A stretch of DNA of 63,708 nt, filler included, from Octopus bimaculoides (GCF_001194135.2; 8 parts of 7 records of this genome joined end to end with filler, not necessarily neighbours in it); one strand, 5' to 3'; shown: positions 1 through 11,329, numbered from the whole stretch's first letter. The notes: a model not told the origin generated them from the sequence alone. A program made the numbers and translations.

Positions 1-205
1 CTTATATTTGTGAAAGGGAGACAAGCTTCCCCACCTAGCTTTAGGCAGACTAAAGCTGGGTGAAGAAACTTGTCTCCCCTTCACAAATATAAGGACACAG
101 GAAATGTGCCAAGGCCACTTCACAAATATAAGGACACAGGAAATGTGTCAAGGCCAACAGGAAGCGGTCTAGCTTCCTAGGGCTAAACAGCAGCAGTATG
201 ATTCT
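1..205. repeat. Dispersed repeat with fold-back start (44-bp imperfect inverted repeat, 1-44/50-93) and an internal ~39-bp tandem duplication; second copy at 24765-24885
   Basis: cttatatttgtgaaagggagacaagcttccccacctagctttag vs ctaaagctgggtgaagaaacttgtctccccttcacaaatataag (about 5 mismatches); 45-205 aligns with 24765-24885. Confidence 0.75.
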
Positions 206-730
206 CTTAATGCTTTATCGTAACACTGCTGCTTATGTCTCTCTGTGAGATTATAATTAGATCATTTCTAATAACCACTCCATATTTTTTTAGCGATAAA
301 TTTTCTTATTTCATTTTCTCTCGCATTGTTTTTTTTTTGTTTTTTTTTTACACTGAAAATGTTTTGGTATGTAAATTGTACTTATCTACGTAAACACTTT
401 TGCAACTTCATTAATATTTGTACAAAAAGACTGAAATTATCTTTATCTTTGAGAAGTATGTTAATATATTCATCAATATTTTTTCTCACTTTGTTTTGTT
501 TTGCTCCGTCTGTGGAAATGAGTGGATATTTTCGTATGTGTTTGGGACTTCTTTATGCAAAATCCAAGGCTTCGGCCTATTTTGGTGGCATGTTCAGTAG
601 TTTTGAATGCCTGCTTAACACAAGACACTGTTCAAAATCATCTTAAATTTGAAAAATATTCATATAGGATAATCGATAACGGAACTGTGGATAATTAAAC
701 GATTGTGTCTCCTCCCCGCTTTGCTCGAGA

Positions 731-925
731 ACAGCAATTTTAAAAGAGGGGGTTTAATCAGTTCTATTGGCCCTTATGCTTACCTGTGGCTTATTTTATC
801 GACTCCGAAAGGATGAAAGACAAAGTCGACCTCGGCAGCATTTGAATTCAGAACGTAAAGAACCGGAAGAAAGACCGCTAGGCATTTTGTCCGACGTGCT
901 TACAACTCACACAGTTCGCCGCCTT
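731..925 (-). mobile_element. tRNA-derived SINE, family A (degenerate)
   Basis: Reverse complement matches 3547-3768: aaggcggcg head, B-box-like gttc(t)gagttcaaattcc, gaggtcgactttg, catcctttcgg, ataaaataag motifs. Confidence 0.75.
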
Positions 926-1447
926 ACTATTGGTTTCAAATTTTAGCACCAGGCCAGCATTTTGGGGGAAAAGCAAATGTATGCTGGTTTTCAAGCGCAC
1001 TTAACTCGAATGTTCGGGACATGTGGCGAGCTAGAACACAGAATGGATTTCAGTACCTAACTCGACTCTCGGCTAGGTGTTATAAAAAATTGCAGAGACA
1101 CGAGAGGTGATGGTTTACTGCACGGGGGAGCAAATCACCGGGTTTGGATACTCTGCCGTATGAGCTTTACTTTGTTGAAGGCAGAAAAACTTGAGGTGAT
1201 TAGAGTTTTCACATTTGTAGCATCAAGGTTTTCAACTCTTCACAGCCACCGTTATTAAGTTAAGGATTTTATCTAGTATCACGGGTTTTAACTGAATCAG
1301 AATTTCCAGCACCATTTCGACCTAATTTTCTTTTTAGAATCTTTTTATTTACTGCAGCGTAATTTGAACTTATGATTGGTGAAGTAAGAAGTCCAAAATC
1401 TGACAAAATATCTTGACTTTTAAAAAACTTTGTTCTGAGGACTGTAA

Positions 1448-1640
1448 AGGCGCACGTCCTAATGGTTAGGGTATAAATGGAAAACGATCATAAAGTTGTG
1501 CGTTTGACTCCTGGACAGGGTGGCACGTTATGTCCTTGAGCAATGCACACCATTTCACGTTGCCCTGATCAATTCAGCTGAAAACGTGCGCCAGCCAGTT
1601 GTTGGTGCAACCTTGTCTCTCTACCAGCTACCACCTCTGT
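1448..1640 (+). mobile_element. tRNA-derived SINE, family C (head plus central domain)
   Basis: ggcgcacgtcctaatggttagg (A-box-like), gtttgactcc (B-box-like), then tatgtccttgagcaa...catttcacgttgc, shared with reverse copies at 11330, 20380 and 23590. Confidence 0.6.
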
Positions 1641-2214
1641 GGCGTTCCACTTTGCAAAAAGGAGGGCCGTGAGGATGTCTGTGTTTACTCTCGATAGTAG
1701 AGGCATTTAAAACGATAGGTGCAGGCGTGGCTGACGATTGTGCCCCCTCACCGCTTTGTTATTGCTCGTAAATTAGTGCGGATTATAAGAGTTTCCGGAC
1801 CATCGTTACCTACATGTAATTATCTTCAACATTCTTAAGTCTAAAACCGGTCAAGGTCAACTTTGTTTGCATGACGCTGTCGGCATTAGTGGCGCCTTAT
1901 TGGAGCTAATCAACTATATCCCGCCCGTCTAGATGTCAAGCTTTTTAGCAACCTTATGAATCAATGACATTAAATACGATGACCCTTTCTAGCGAATTCA
2001 ATGCACCGCTTCGTATGCACATGCTTGAAGACACAGGAAACAAATTGTAACAAAAGATACTTCAGAGATGAATCATATAAATGAGGTCAACAGACAAATC
2101 AAAGTGATATAAGATTTCAAAGCCAAAGGTATTAGTAACACTTAGGAATTATTATAAGCTGAAATAGCAAATTAATGACTTATAGATACATAGCGAATAT
2201 ATTTCGATGATATA

Positions 2215-2760
2215 TATTGTCGTTCCATAAATAATGCGGGTTTTTTTTATACTTCTTTTACTTTTCAAAATTAAGATTAACAGAGTTCATTTTTTAATCT
2301 AAAATATACTCCCCTTCATCTTCTACCATGCTCTTCCATCTATCTGGTATACTTGAAAGGCCCTTCTTTCAAAATTTCCTTGACCGTGACGAAAAATATC
2401 CCTCCAGTACTGTTCTGACCTCGTCTACAGAATTCATATTTTTTCCATCCAAATGATTTTGAATACTGCAGAATAAATGATAATCAGATGGGGCAATGTC
2501 CAGCGAATTTGGTGGGTGGAGCATCGTTTCCTATTCAAACTGCTCCAGCCTTTGGATTGTCATCCTCGCTGTACGTGGCCGAGCATTATCCTGATGGAAG
2601 AACACCTTTCGTCTTGAAACCAAAGACGATCGTTTCAGACAGAGTGTCTGTGTGTGCGCGTGGGTGGGGCAGAGAAAGAGGAGGGGAAGGAGAGAGAGAT
2701 ATTTTGTACCAAGGCACTCGTCAAACTTGTTTGACGAGTGGCTTGACACGAAACTGTAAT
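2215..2760 (-). mobile_element. mariner (D,D34D) transposase C-terminal remnant with 3' terminal inverted repeat; may continue across the gap to ~3480
   Basis: Minus strand FFHQDNARPRTARMTIQRLEQFE*ETMLHPPNSLDIAPSDYHLF; terminus TA|TATTGTCGTTCCATAAATAATGCGG. Confidence 0.85.
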
Positions 2761-3546
2761 CTCTTGAGTCACTCCTCCAGTAATATNNNNNNNNNNNNNN
2801 NNNNNNNNNNNNNNNNNNNNNNNNNNNNNNNNNNNNNNNNNNNNNNNNNNNNNNNNNNNNNNNNNNNNNNNNNNNNNNNNNNNNNNNNNNNNNNNNNNNN
2901 NNNNNNNNNNNNNNNNNNNNNNNNNNNNNNNNNNNNNNNNNNNNNNNNNNNNNNNNNNNNNNNNNNNNNNNNNNNNNNNNNNNNNNNNNNNNNNNNNNNN
3001 NNNNNNNNNNNNNNNNNNNNNNNNNNNNNNNNNNNNNNNNNNNNNNNNNNNNNNNNNNNNNNNNNNNNNNNNNNNNNNNNNNNNNNNNNNNNNNNNNNNN
3101 NNNNNNNNNNNNNNNNNNNNNNNNNNNNNNNNNNNNNNNNNNNNNNNNNNNNNNNNNNNNNNNNNNNNNNNNNNNNNNNNNNNNNNNNNNNNNNNNNNNN
3201 NNNNNNNNNNNNNNNNNNNNNNNNNNNNNNNNNNNNNNNNNNNNNNNNNNNNNNNNNNNNNNNNNNNNNNNNNNNNNNNNNNNNNNNNNNNNNNNNNNNN
3301 NNNNNNNNNNNNNNNNNNNNNNNNNNNNNNNNNNNNNNNNNNNNNNNNNNNNCAGCGAATGGTTGAAATGACAATAGAAATGGCAACGACGGTTTGCGAA
3401 ATATTTTCATTTCAATTGAATGAAAATGATGAGTTTGCACGATGAGTGATGCATTAAGACAAATGATTTGCATAATTTGTTTCTGATAAACAAGTATTCT
3501 ATTGCTTTTGATAAATAAGTATTCCCTAATACTATAACTGCAGGTT

Positions 3547-3768
3547 AAGGCGGCGCGCTGGCAAAAACGTTAGCACGCCGGGCGAAGTTCTTAACGGTAA
3601 CTCGTCTGTCTTTACGTTCTGAGTTCAAATTCCGCCGAGGTTGACTTTGCCTTTGCCTTTCATCCTTTTGGAGTCGATGAATTAAGTACCAGTTGCGTAC
3701 TGGAGTCGGTCTAATCGACTGGCTCCCTCCCAAGAAGTTTCGGGCCTTGTACCTAGAGTAGAAAAAAA
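3547..3768 (+). mobile_element. tRNA-derived SINE, family A, near full length
   Basis: aaggcggcgcgctggcaaaaacgttagc head, gttctgagttcaaattccgccgagg B-box region, 3' gggccttgtacctagagtagaaaa; many further copies in the window. Confidence 0.85.
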
Positions 3769-3774
3769 TATATT

Positions 3775-4440
3775 GAAAGTCATAGAAATGATCATGGGAA
3801 ACTGTAGAGAATGTAAAAATGTAACCGTGTCACTCCAAACAATCTTTATGGAAAGTGTGCATCTTCTACACATGTTGCCAAGTGCCACTCGCAAAACTCC
3901 GCTCTCCGCTCCGGATCATCTTCGTCAAGAACTCGGATTATTCCTGGAGTGTAACTTTTCCAGTGACAGCGCTTGAAAATGCGATGGATGCTTGATTTTG
4001 AAAATCCCATCCCACCACTCTCTTGCCAGACAGATTATCTTGAACACAGGCAATACGTTCCTAGTACTGTTCGATGCCTTGTTGATGGACTCTTCGATGT
4101 CCACGGTCTTCTAGGACGTTTCTTGTGGACATTTTGAATAGTTCCAGCTACTTCAAACTTATCCCTAATTCGAATGATGGTAAATCGAATGGATGGATCT
4201 CTTTGCGCGTCCAATGCATTTTGAAAGTTCCAATAGCACTTTATTTACGATAAATTTCTTTTGTTCAAAGCTTAGTCGATGCCGTTGTAGTATGTGATCG
4301 ATATACATGTTTCTTGTATAGCTTGTGATCTACATTAGTTCAAATGGTATAGTTTGTAATCCACACCGAATTTTTTATCTACATTTAAAATTCATCTATT
4401 TAGTCGACTTCCGGTTGGTTTGGTATATAGACGAAAAAAC
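3775..4440 (-). mobile_element. Tc1/mariner transposase, 5' half, degenerate
   Basis: Minus strand fragments ...RVLDEDDPERRAEFCEWHLATCVEDAHFP and KIVWSD(T)VTF (first catalytic Asp region), with frameshifts and stops. Confidence 0.65.
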
Positions 4441-4718
4441 TTTTATGATTTAAACACTTTTAGTCCTGAAACCATTGAAAGAAGTCGCGATGAGAGCAAA
4501 ATAATTTTACACACGGGTTATTCAAGATGAAGAAGCTGCAATAGAATTTCTCTGAGGCTATGAACTCTTTTGACTCACTCTTCTAATTATAATTGCAAAT
4601 TTATCAACTGGAACCCTCGTCGTCGTAACCGACGGAGTGCCAACCACCACCAATTACCAAACAATATATGCTTATATTAATTTATATAACTAAATATTTA
4701 ATTGGTATCCTTTTAACT

Positions 4719-4910
4719 GGTTTTAAACTTTGGCACAAGGCCAATAATTTCAGTGGAGGAAATAAGTCGATTACATCGACCCCAGTGCTTAACTGGTACT
4801 TATTTTATCGGCTACGAAAGGATGAATGTCGGGTTTTGAACTCAGAACGTAAAGACGGACGAAATGCCCCAAAGCATTTCGTCCGGCATTCTAACGATTC
4901 TATTAGCTCG
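4719..4910 (-). mobile_element. SINE family A
   Basis: tttggcacaaggcc...gtcgattacatcgaccccagtg...aactggtacttattttatcg...ttgaactcagaacgtaaagac. Confidence 0.8.
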
Positions 4911-5502
4911 TAATCTTGGTATTCTTTAAATTAATCTTTTTTATTCAACTCTTCTTCCACGTCATTTCCTTCGAAAATAAAATCATTCAATCCTTCACCT
5001 TCAGTTGACCGGGCGATTTTAATTACATTTGGGCTTAGATTTTTGGGTTTCTGATTTTAAACATGTCTCCCATTCAAAATTAATGCAGGTAAAATAGCCT
5101 TCCAGCAAGCACGCATTTAATTTCATTTTCTTAATTTCACGAATTGCTGGAGCAATTAGCTTCCCATACTGAACAATAATGAATATTTATTTTTTCCATA
5201 ACAATAAGCTGGATTTCTTCTATGTCATCCAGTAATCTTTTTTTTATATATAATATTTGTCTTAAAATTACAAGTTTTACCTTAATCTAATACTTGGATA
5301 AGTGATGTAATATTGAGTTACAGGAACAGAACTTGAACCTTAGTGTGTTCTAAATTACAGCGCTGTGGGTGGGCGTTGTCAGTAATAAAATTTTGAAAAC
5401 GAATTTTTCTTCTGTATAAATTTCAACGTCAGTAACAAAGTTTCTATAAAACCAAGAGTGACAGAGATTTGTGTAACGAGCTACCTATACCTATATATAT
5501 AT

Positions 5503-5602
5503 NNNNNNNNNNNNNNNNNNNNNNNNNNNNNNNNNNNNNNNNNNNNTTAATTAATTAANNNNNNNNNNNNNNNNNNNNNNNNNNNNNNNNNNNNNNNNNN
5601 NN
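5503..5602. other. Artificial 100-nt scaffold join (44N-TTAATTAATTAA-44N); identical spacers at 29071-29170, 37859-37958, 44809-44908, 51555-51654, 58660-58759, 61356-61455
   Basis: Seven spacers of identical length and layout; TTAATTAATTAA gives stops in all six frames. Confidence 0.95.
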
Positions 5603-5698
<96 letters not shown>

Positions 5699-5825
5699 GT
5701 TACAGCACCAAATACCAAATTGACTGCGGTATTCGTCGTGATATAATATCTTTTATGAATGTACTCTGTTTGATGACACAAATATATCAGTATCAGACGA
5801 AAATCGTCCAGCAGCGGTGGTGAGA

Positions 5826-5870
5826 ATGCTAGGTGCGCATTTCTGCCTTTTTGGGCTTCGTCAGTAGCAT
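5826..5870 (-). ncRNA. Minimal type I hammerhead ribozyme motif (copy 1; U16.1 replaced by C)
   Basis: AUGCUA CUGACGA AGCC CAAAAA GGCA GAAA UGCGCA CC UAGCAU: perfect 6-bp stem I, GCC/GGC stem II, palindromic UGCGCA stem III. Confidence 0.75.
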
Positions 5871-6173
5871 ACACTCACTGACGACCACATGCTATGAAAA
5901 ATCTGCCGTCACTGATATAGAAAAGCAGTCATTGAAAAAGTTCATTGATGTTGTAGTTTTCCGGCTGGCTGAATAAAAAACCGTTATGTGCAACAGAAGC
6001 AGTATTAGACTAAAATAGCCGTCTATATATCATACCTAATGCAAAAATATCGCAGAAAGGCAAATTAATTGCAGTTTTCGTTCGGATGTAATATCGCTTA
6101 TGAACATACTGTGTTAAATAACACCAAAAATATATCACAAGCAGACAAAAACCACCCAGCGGTTGTTGCGGGA

Positions 6174-6218
6174 GTTCTAGATGCGCATTCCTGCTTTTTG
6201 GGGCTTTGTCAGTAGCAT
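6174..6218 (-). ncRNA. Minimal type I hammerhead ribozyme motif (copy 2; core mutated)
   Basis: AUGCUA CUGACAA AGCC CCAAAA AGCA GGAA UGCGCA UC UAGAAC; keeps the AUC cleavage triplet. Confidence 0.65.
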
Positions 6219-6241
6219 GTACTCACTGGCAAACGGATGCT

Positions 6242-6410
6242 AAAACAAAGTGTCATTTTCTTCGGCTTCACCTTCCCAGTTCAGTTGACTTTTCCCTTCA
6301 TCCTTTAGGGCGTCGATAAAATAGCTACTAGTTGAACACTGGGATCGATTTAATCTACTTAACCACTTTTTAAAAAAATTATTGGCTTTATACCAAAGAT
6401 TAAAATTATC
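6242..6410 (+). mobile_element. SINE family A, highly degenerate, 5'-truncated
   Basis: gttgacttttcccttcatcctttagggcgtcgataaaatagctactagttgaacactggg. Confidence 0.55.
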
Positions 6411-6420
6411 TTTATTATCA

Positions 6421-6545
6421 TTGAGTGAGAGTGCAACGCATGCCACCAAAGTGACATAGGGGCAAAATGTACGAAGCCCAGTATACCCATCATGACAAGT
6501 CTCATAAGGGTACAGCAGGCACATGCATCGCAGTCATATGTTTAA
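6421..6545 (-). mobile_element. 3' end of an unclassified (TAA)-tailed retroelement (same family as 47771-48260)
   Basis: gagtgagagtgcaacgcatgccaccaaagtgac...aagggtacagcaggcacatgcatc aligns with 47771-47890. Confidence 0.75.
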
Positions 6546-6561
6546 TACCAACGTTTGAAAC

Positions 6562-6594
<33 letters not shown>

Positions 6595-6733
6595 CATGTA
6601 GTCCAATATTTGTTGAATTCTTTGATTACACTACCGATCGAACCTCTGTAGGCCTTGGGTGCGTGCAGTTTGGTTTTGTTGTTTTTAACGACTCAAAAGT
6701 ACTTCTTGTGCCTGGTACTGCATCCGGGCATTC
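6595..6733 (-). mobile_element. 5'-truncated R4/Dong-like 3' end embedded in (TTA)n
   Basis: cactaccgatcgaacctctgtaggccttgggtg aligns with the Dong-like 3' UTR at 51490-51525; (TTA)n on both sides (6562-6594, 6734-6760). Confidence 0.65.
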
Positions 6734-7103
6734 ATTATTATTATTATTATTATTATTATTGCTATATCAACGAAGACTAGCTTGTATCAAAATCTTAGCA
6801 TTAGCACTAATTAACTCATCTGTAAACCATATTTTTTTTTTTATTGAAGTTGGATCTTATAAATGGAAGTAGATCTTTTAAATGGAAGTAGAGGAAGTCT
6901 GCACAGCACGTGTAAGGAGTCAAGCGTCTCACCCAGCTAGCTATGTCAGTTGACTAATAAATTAGTTGATGTCACATGTACCGTTACTGGTAACAGATTG
7001 TAGTTGATTGTATCGATCCTGAGTACATGATTATCTGTTTGCTTAAATTGATTTATTTGGTTAACTTTTAACCGCGACTATCAAATCTGCGACAAGCTAT
7101 TTC

Positions 7104-7776
7104 GAATCTATTTCAAAACGGGGGCACCAGTTTTCATTTATGTTTTATGTAGTGTTTTTAGTACCGAAAGACTTTCAAACTTCGTATACTTATCTATTTT
7201 GTGTTATAGAACAGAAAAAATTTTTTGTATTCGAATTTATTTCATGTAAAAAATTGTCTTATTTCGATAATTTCTACTAATCACTGACGCCTATTCAGTT
7301 GAAAACAGTTAGCGATGTAACGGTGTATATCGTATTAATCCCCTAACCCTAACCCTAACCCTAACTAGACTGTTAACCCTAACTCTAACCCTAACCCTAA
7401 CCCTAAAACTAACCCTAACTCTAGAATCTGAACTCTAAAATTGTTACACACATAGATACGCACAGCGTAATTTATTATATAAACAATATATGCGTATAAA
7501 TTACGATTAAACCGGATGAAATATGTCACAGGGAATGACATTTTTATGACCGCCCAGCAGTAACTCTATTCAGCTGAATAGACGTCAGTGATTGGTTCAA
7601 ATTACAGAAATACGACAACTTTAACATGGAATAACTTGCGATGTACATTTTTTTGTTAAGAAGACTAAGAGTAAAAGATGTTTTATATGACACATTCTAC
7701 CAGTGTCCCAAGTTTCAAAGTGTTTCGTTAGTGTTTCGTTAAGAAAATACTGGTGCCCCCGTTTTGAAATAGATCC
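7104..7776. mobile_element. 673-bp MITE with long imperfect TIRs and 8-bp TSD (GCTATTTC), Merlin-like; carries internal telomeric repeats
   Basis: Perfect 26-bp IR atctatttcaaaacgggggcaccagt (7107-7132 / 7749-7774); TSD 7096-7103 and 7777-7784; inner IR atcactgacgcctattcagttgaa / ttcagctgaatagacgtcagtgat. Confidence 0.85.
7341..7420 (-). repeat. Interstitial (TTAGGG)n-type repeat, degenerate
   Basis: ccctaaccctaaccctaaccctaa...aaccctaactctaaccctaaccctaaccctaa. Confidence 0.9.
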
Positions 7777-9049
7777 GCTATTTCCTCTGTCTTATGTTGT
7801 CTTCAAGATCCAAATCTGATATTATCATTAGAATATCGTCTTCTTCATCGAAATATCTGTAGTTCTCATCTCATTATTAACAGCGATCCGTATTCATGGG
7901 ACATCTCTTTGTCTATATTAGCATTTTGATGTTTCCTGTATTAAATATGTTAATACTAACTTAACTATTGTTTTGCCTTCTGGATGAAGTCCAAGAGTAA
8001 TTTCTTGTCTGGATATTTCTATTGATATACGCCTACAAATATACATTATTGTATGTTTACTTAGTTATTATCTCATCACTGTTTCTAAAAGTAGAGTGGA
8101 ATCTACGCTGTACTGAGAAGATCTAATAAGACCGAAATATGCGAAGAGTTATGTCCCTTACTGAAAAACTGAAATAACACAAGTCAGTGACTAATACACC
8201 TATGTTCGTTTATCATGAATAAAAAAAATGCATCGTGTTAAATGAATCAGCAAAAAATGAATAATTAACAGAACATATGGGAAAAATAGGTTTCGTTCCG
8301 AGATCCCAGGATGTCCTGAGCATTGTAGATGGTCACTGGGGTGCACTTTTGTGGTAAAATCAGAATCTTTGACTGATCAACGACCCATGTTATCACAGAT
8401 CGATTCCTGATAAGCGTAACACGGTTCACAATACGCGTATCATGGTATTACAGAGCGGTCATGTTAGAATTAATGATAAACAAAGATAGCCATATTGTTT
8501 TTTCTCACATCATTTTTTAAAGTTAGCCTTTTCAAATCTCAATCCGAATAATATTTTCTCAGTCCTATATATTTCTTCGGTATCCAAAGCTGGCATTGTT
8601 GTTAGAATAACGACCTGGTTATCGAAAGAACACAAGGTCTTATCTCATTGTTGTCTTTGTTTTATATTCATGTCAAAGGATCCTTTCTTTCTAGATTTAC
8701 TTTGTGATTTTCTTACTCCTACTTCGGTAAACACGGTGACATCAATGCAGAGATATAATAAAAACGATTGAAAGTAATATAACTTAATGGATAATAGTTG
8801 CTTTTATCTCATGACACATATTTTTCATTTAGCATTCTGATAGTTTGTAAATGGATTCTTCCTGTTTTTGTTGTTGCAGTTGTTGGTATTTAGCCCTCGG
8901 TTATCCATAACAAGGAAAAGCCTACCATCAATGATATTCACTTAATAAAACTGTAAATATATACAATATAATTAGGTTTACAGCTCACCTGAGTTGGTAG
9001 CAAATAATAATGGTCTTAGTTATTAGCGCTGAGAACAAGTAACCATAAA

Positions 9050-9660
9050 GAGGCTGAAAAACATCCATTATCATTCAAATGGGTATTTAGTAGACAGCAG
9101 GTACGTCTTTAATGCAAAGAGGTAGTAGTGTGAACAAGAAAATAAAAATTCGAAAGTGTTGATAGACTGTGATTTAAAAAGAACAACGCCAGTACACGCT
9201 GAATGGTGTGGCTTGACATGAAAGTTATATGAGAGGCAAAGAGACCTCATAGATGAGCAACTGAGATGATTCCCATACTAAGCACAAGCGAATGCTTTAT
9301 AAGTGTTAGGCACAACATCATTGTTTTTGTTGGAATTCTCAGTGGCAAAGGGTCATGGGTGATCGATAAAGGAGAAACACTCCAGTATATCTGGCTCTGC
9401 AGAAAAGCATAACAGTGGTACCTAAAAAATGAAATGTGGTCAAAATTATGATAATTTACGACTGTTTCCATTATGTTCGAGTTGTTGAATGTGAGAGCGA
9501 TAGATTGGTATCATTTGGTTTTATAAAGGTTGTTTTTATTGGAGTGGAACATACTGCAGCATACCTCTAGAAAGAAGGGTAAGTAGTTTTGGAACAAAAC
9601 TGTTTAAGGACAATGGAAGGGAATATTGTCAAGGCCAGCTACCATGTTGTGTTGGAACAA
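9050..9660 (-). pseudogene. CR1/L2-like LINE reverse transcriptase relic, internally deleted
   Basis: Minus strand fragments AGLDNIPSIVLKQFVPKLL (cf. GPDNIP..VLK) and TLYKAF..YG; many frameshifts. Confidence 0.45.
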
Positions 9661-9765
9661 TGGGAAAGATTTGCGTACTTGATAAATATAAGTGTTAATT
9701 GCTGGTAGGGACACCGAATTTCGTTATGCAACCATGACATTCTACAAAGTATATTAGACACGTTG

Positions 9766-10626
9766 AAGCAACATGTAAACACCATGCCTTTCTATATAAT
9801 ATCTTGACGAACTAGTTTCAATCCTGAGTTGACAACCGAGAACCCTCTTTAACTATCAGTAAAGAATCTGCGTATAAACTCACTACTGAGTCATACCTGT
9901 GTTAGCAGTGCTATTCAATCATTTTTTAAAGTGATCTCTACAGATTTTCCATAGAAACTAGAATCAGCACTGGAAGTTATGACGTTTCGTATATAAATAC
10001 AACCACAGTGGTTGAAGATAGAAAGCAGGTAATGGGTGTATATGCATATTTCAGGACTTATTGTTCTTTCTTCAGTATCACATCCAACTCATTAACCATC
10101 CGAATAGATTCTGAAGTGGAAAAGTAAGTTTAGAACTTCTCGTGCATGAGTTCAATGTGGATTTAAAAGTAACAAATGCAAGGAATTTTCGGTTGAAATT
10201 GTATGTAAGATTTGTCTGCAACTATAGTAGGGATTTCCAATTAAATTACCTAGTTAAACTGCTAAGTTTTAAACTTGTCTGAAATAAATATATAAATAAA
10301 TATACTTAGAGTATGTGAGAGAATTAAGAAAAATTATTCTGAAAATTTGATTCACGAGAATTCAAAATCAAATCGTTTTCATTTGAACTACACCAGAGGA
10401 AGGAAAATAATCGGCAGTTTCGACAACATTAAGCAACTATTTTTTTTCTATTTAGGTATATATTGTACTATTTTAACCTAAGGTTATCACAATGTTATGT
10501 TTTATCACAACGAAGTTGTTCTGTTTAATTTTCGATGTACTTCGAACATTCCAAATAGAGAATCAATAAATATTTAAGAAGTATTGACAAGCACTGTCTT
10601 TCAATGATTTTCTGTACTACAAAAGG

Positions 10627-10671
<45 letters not shown>

Positions 10672-10816
10672 CCAACACTGTATGAAGCAACATGTAAACA
10701 CCATGTCTTTCTATGCAATATCTTGACGAACAGAAAAAGGAACTAGTTTCAATCCTTGACAACTGAGTACCCTCTTCAACTATCAACAAGGAATCTGCGT
10801 ATAGACTCACTACTGC
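9766..10816. repeat. ~125-bp direct repeat pair (9766-9888 and 10684-10816)
   Basis: gaagcaacatgtaaacaccatg...aactagtttcaatcct...gaatctgcgtata(a/g)actcactactg in both. Confidence 0.85.
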
Positions 10817-11329
10817 GATGTGATTAAAAAAAATTGGATTAATCACTTTGCATATATAATATAGAGCATTCTAATTCTATAGATGTATTCTGTAATACAG
10901 TATAGCAATAATTCAAAATACAAGACACTATTAACGTATCAGTAGTTTATTGATTGGACTAGTGTTAATTTGAAATACTCAGATATGTTTGGTAGCAACA
11001 GATGTTAAATAGTTTACTAAAGTGGAGGAGGGGCGGGAAAACATACTTAGTGTAGTGATCAAAAAAATAATATTGGTAATGAAAGGAAATTGCGCTCATA
11101 ATGGTGACTTACATTATTAATTAAGGTGAACCAGCCACAATTAATTTAAATAAAAGTCAAAACCAACAGCCATTATAGTTTTAATAAATTTTGTTAAGCG
11201 ACGTAGGGGACGTAGGAATCCCCAAATCCAAACTGATTGCAAAGGGATTGAGATCCAACAATATACATAATGTGACTTGCATATTAATATTCCTAAAAAG
11301 TTAAGTAATTCCCCTGAACACTACTGCCT

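Larger units (their letters stand above)
5716..6235 (-). mobile_element. Retrozyme-like tandem repeat (~348-nt period, ~1.5 units), one hammerhead motif per unit
   Basis: 5718-5890 aligns with 6062-6240; tgcgca at 5834 and 6182 (offset 348). Confidence 0.7.

Noticed and set aside
7341-7420. True telomere
   Set aside because: Short, degenerate and enclosed within a TIR element with a TSD.
8108-8150. ctgagaagatctaataagaccgaaatatgcg hammerhead-like string
   Set aside because: Core lacks a nucleotide, no NUH triplet, no stem I.
8290-8460. VLSIVDGH as a Harbinger-like DDE relic
   Set aside because: Single short motif with no further catalytic residues recoverable.
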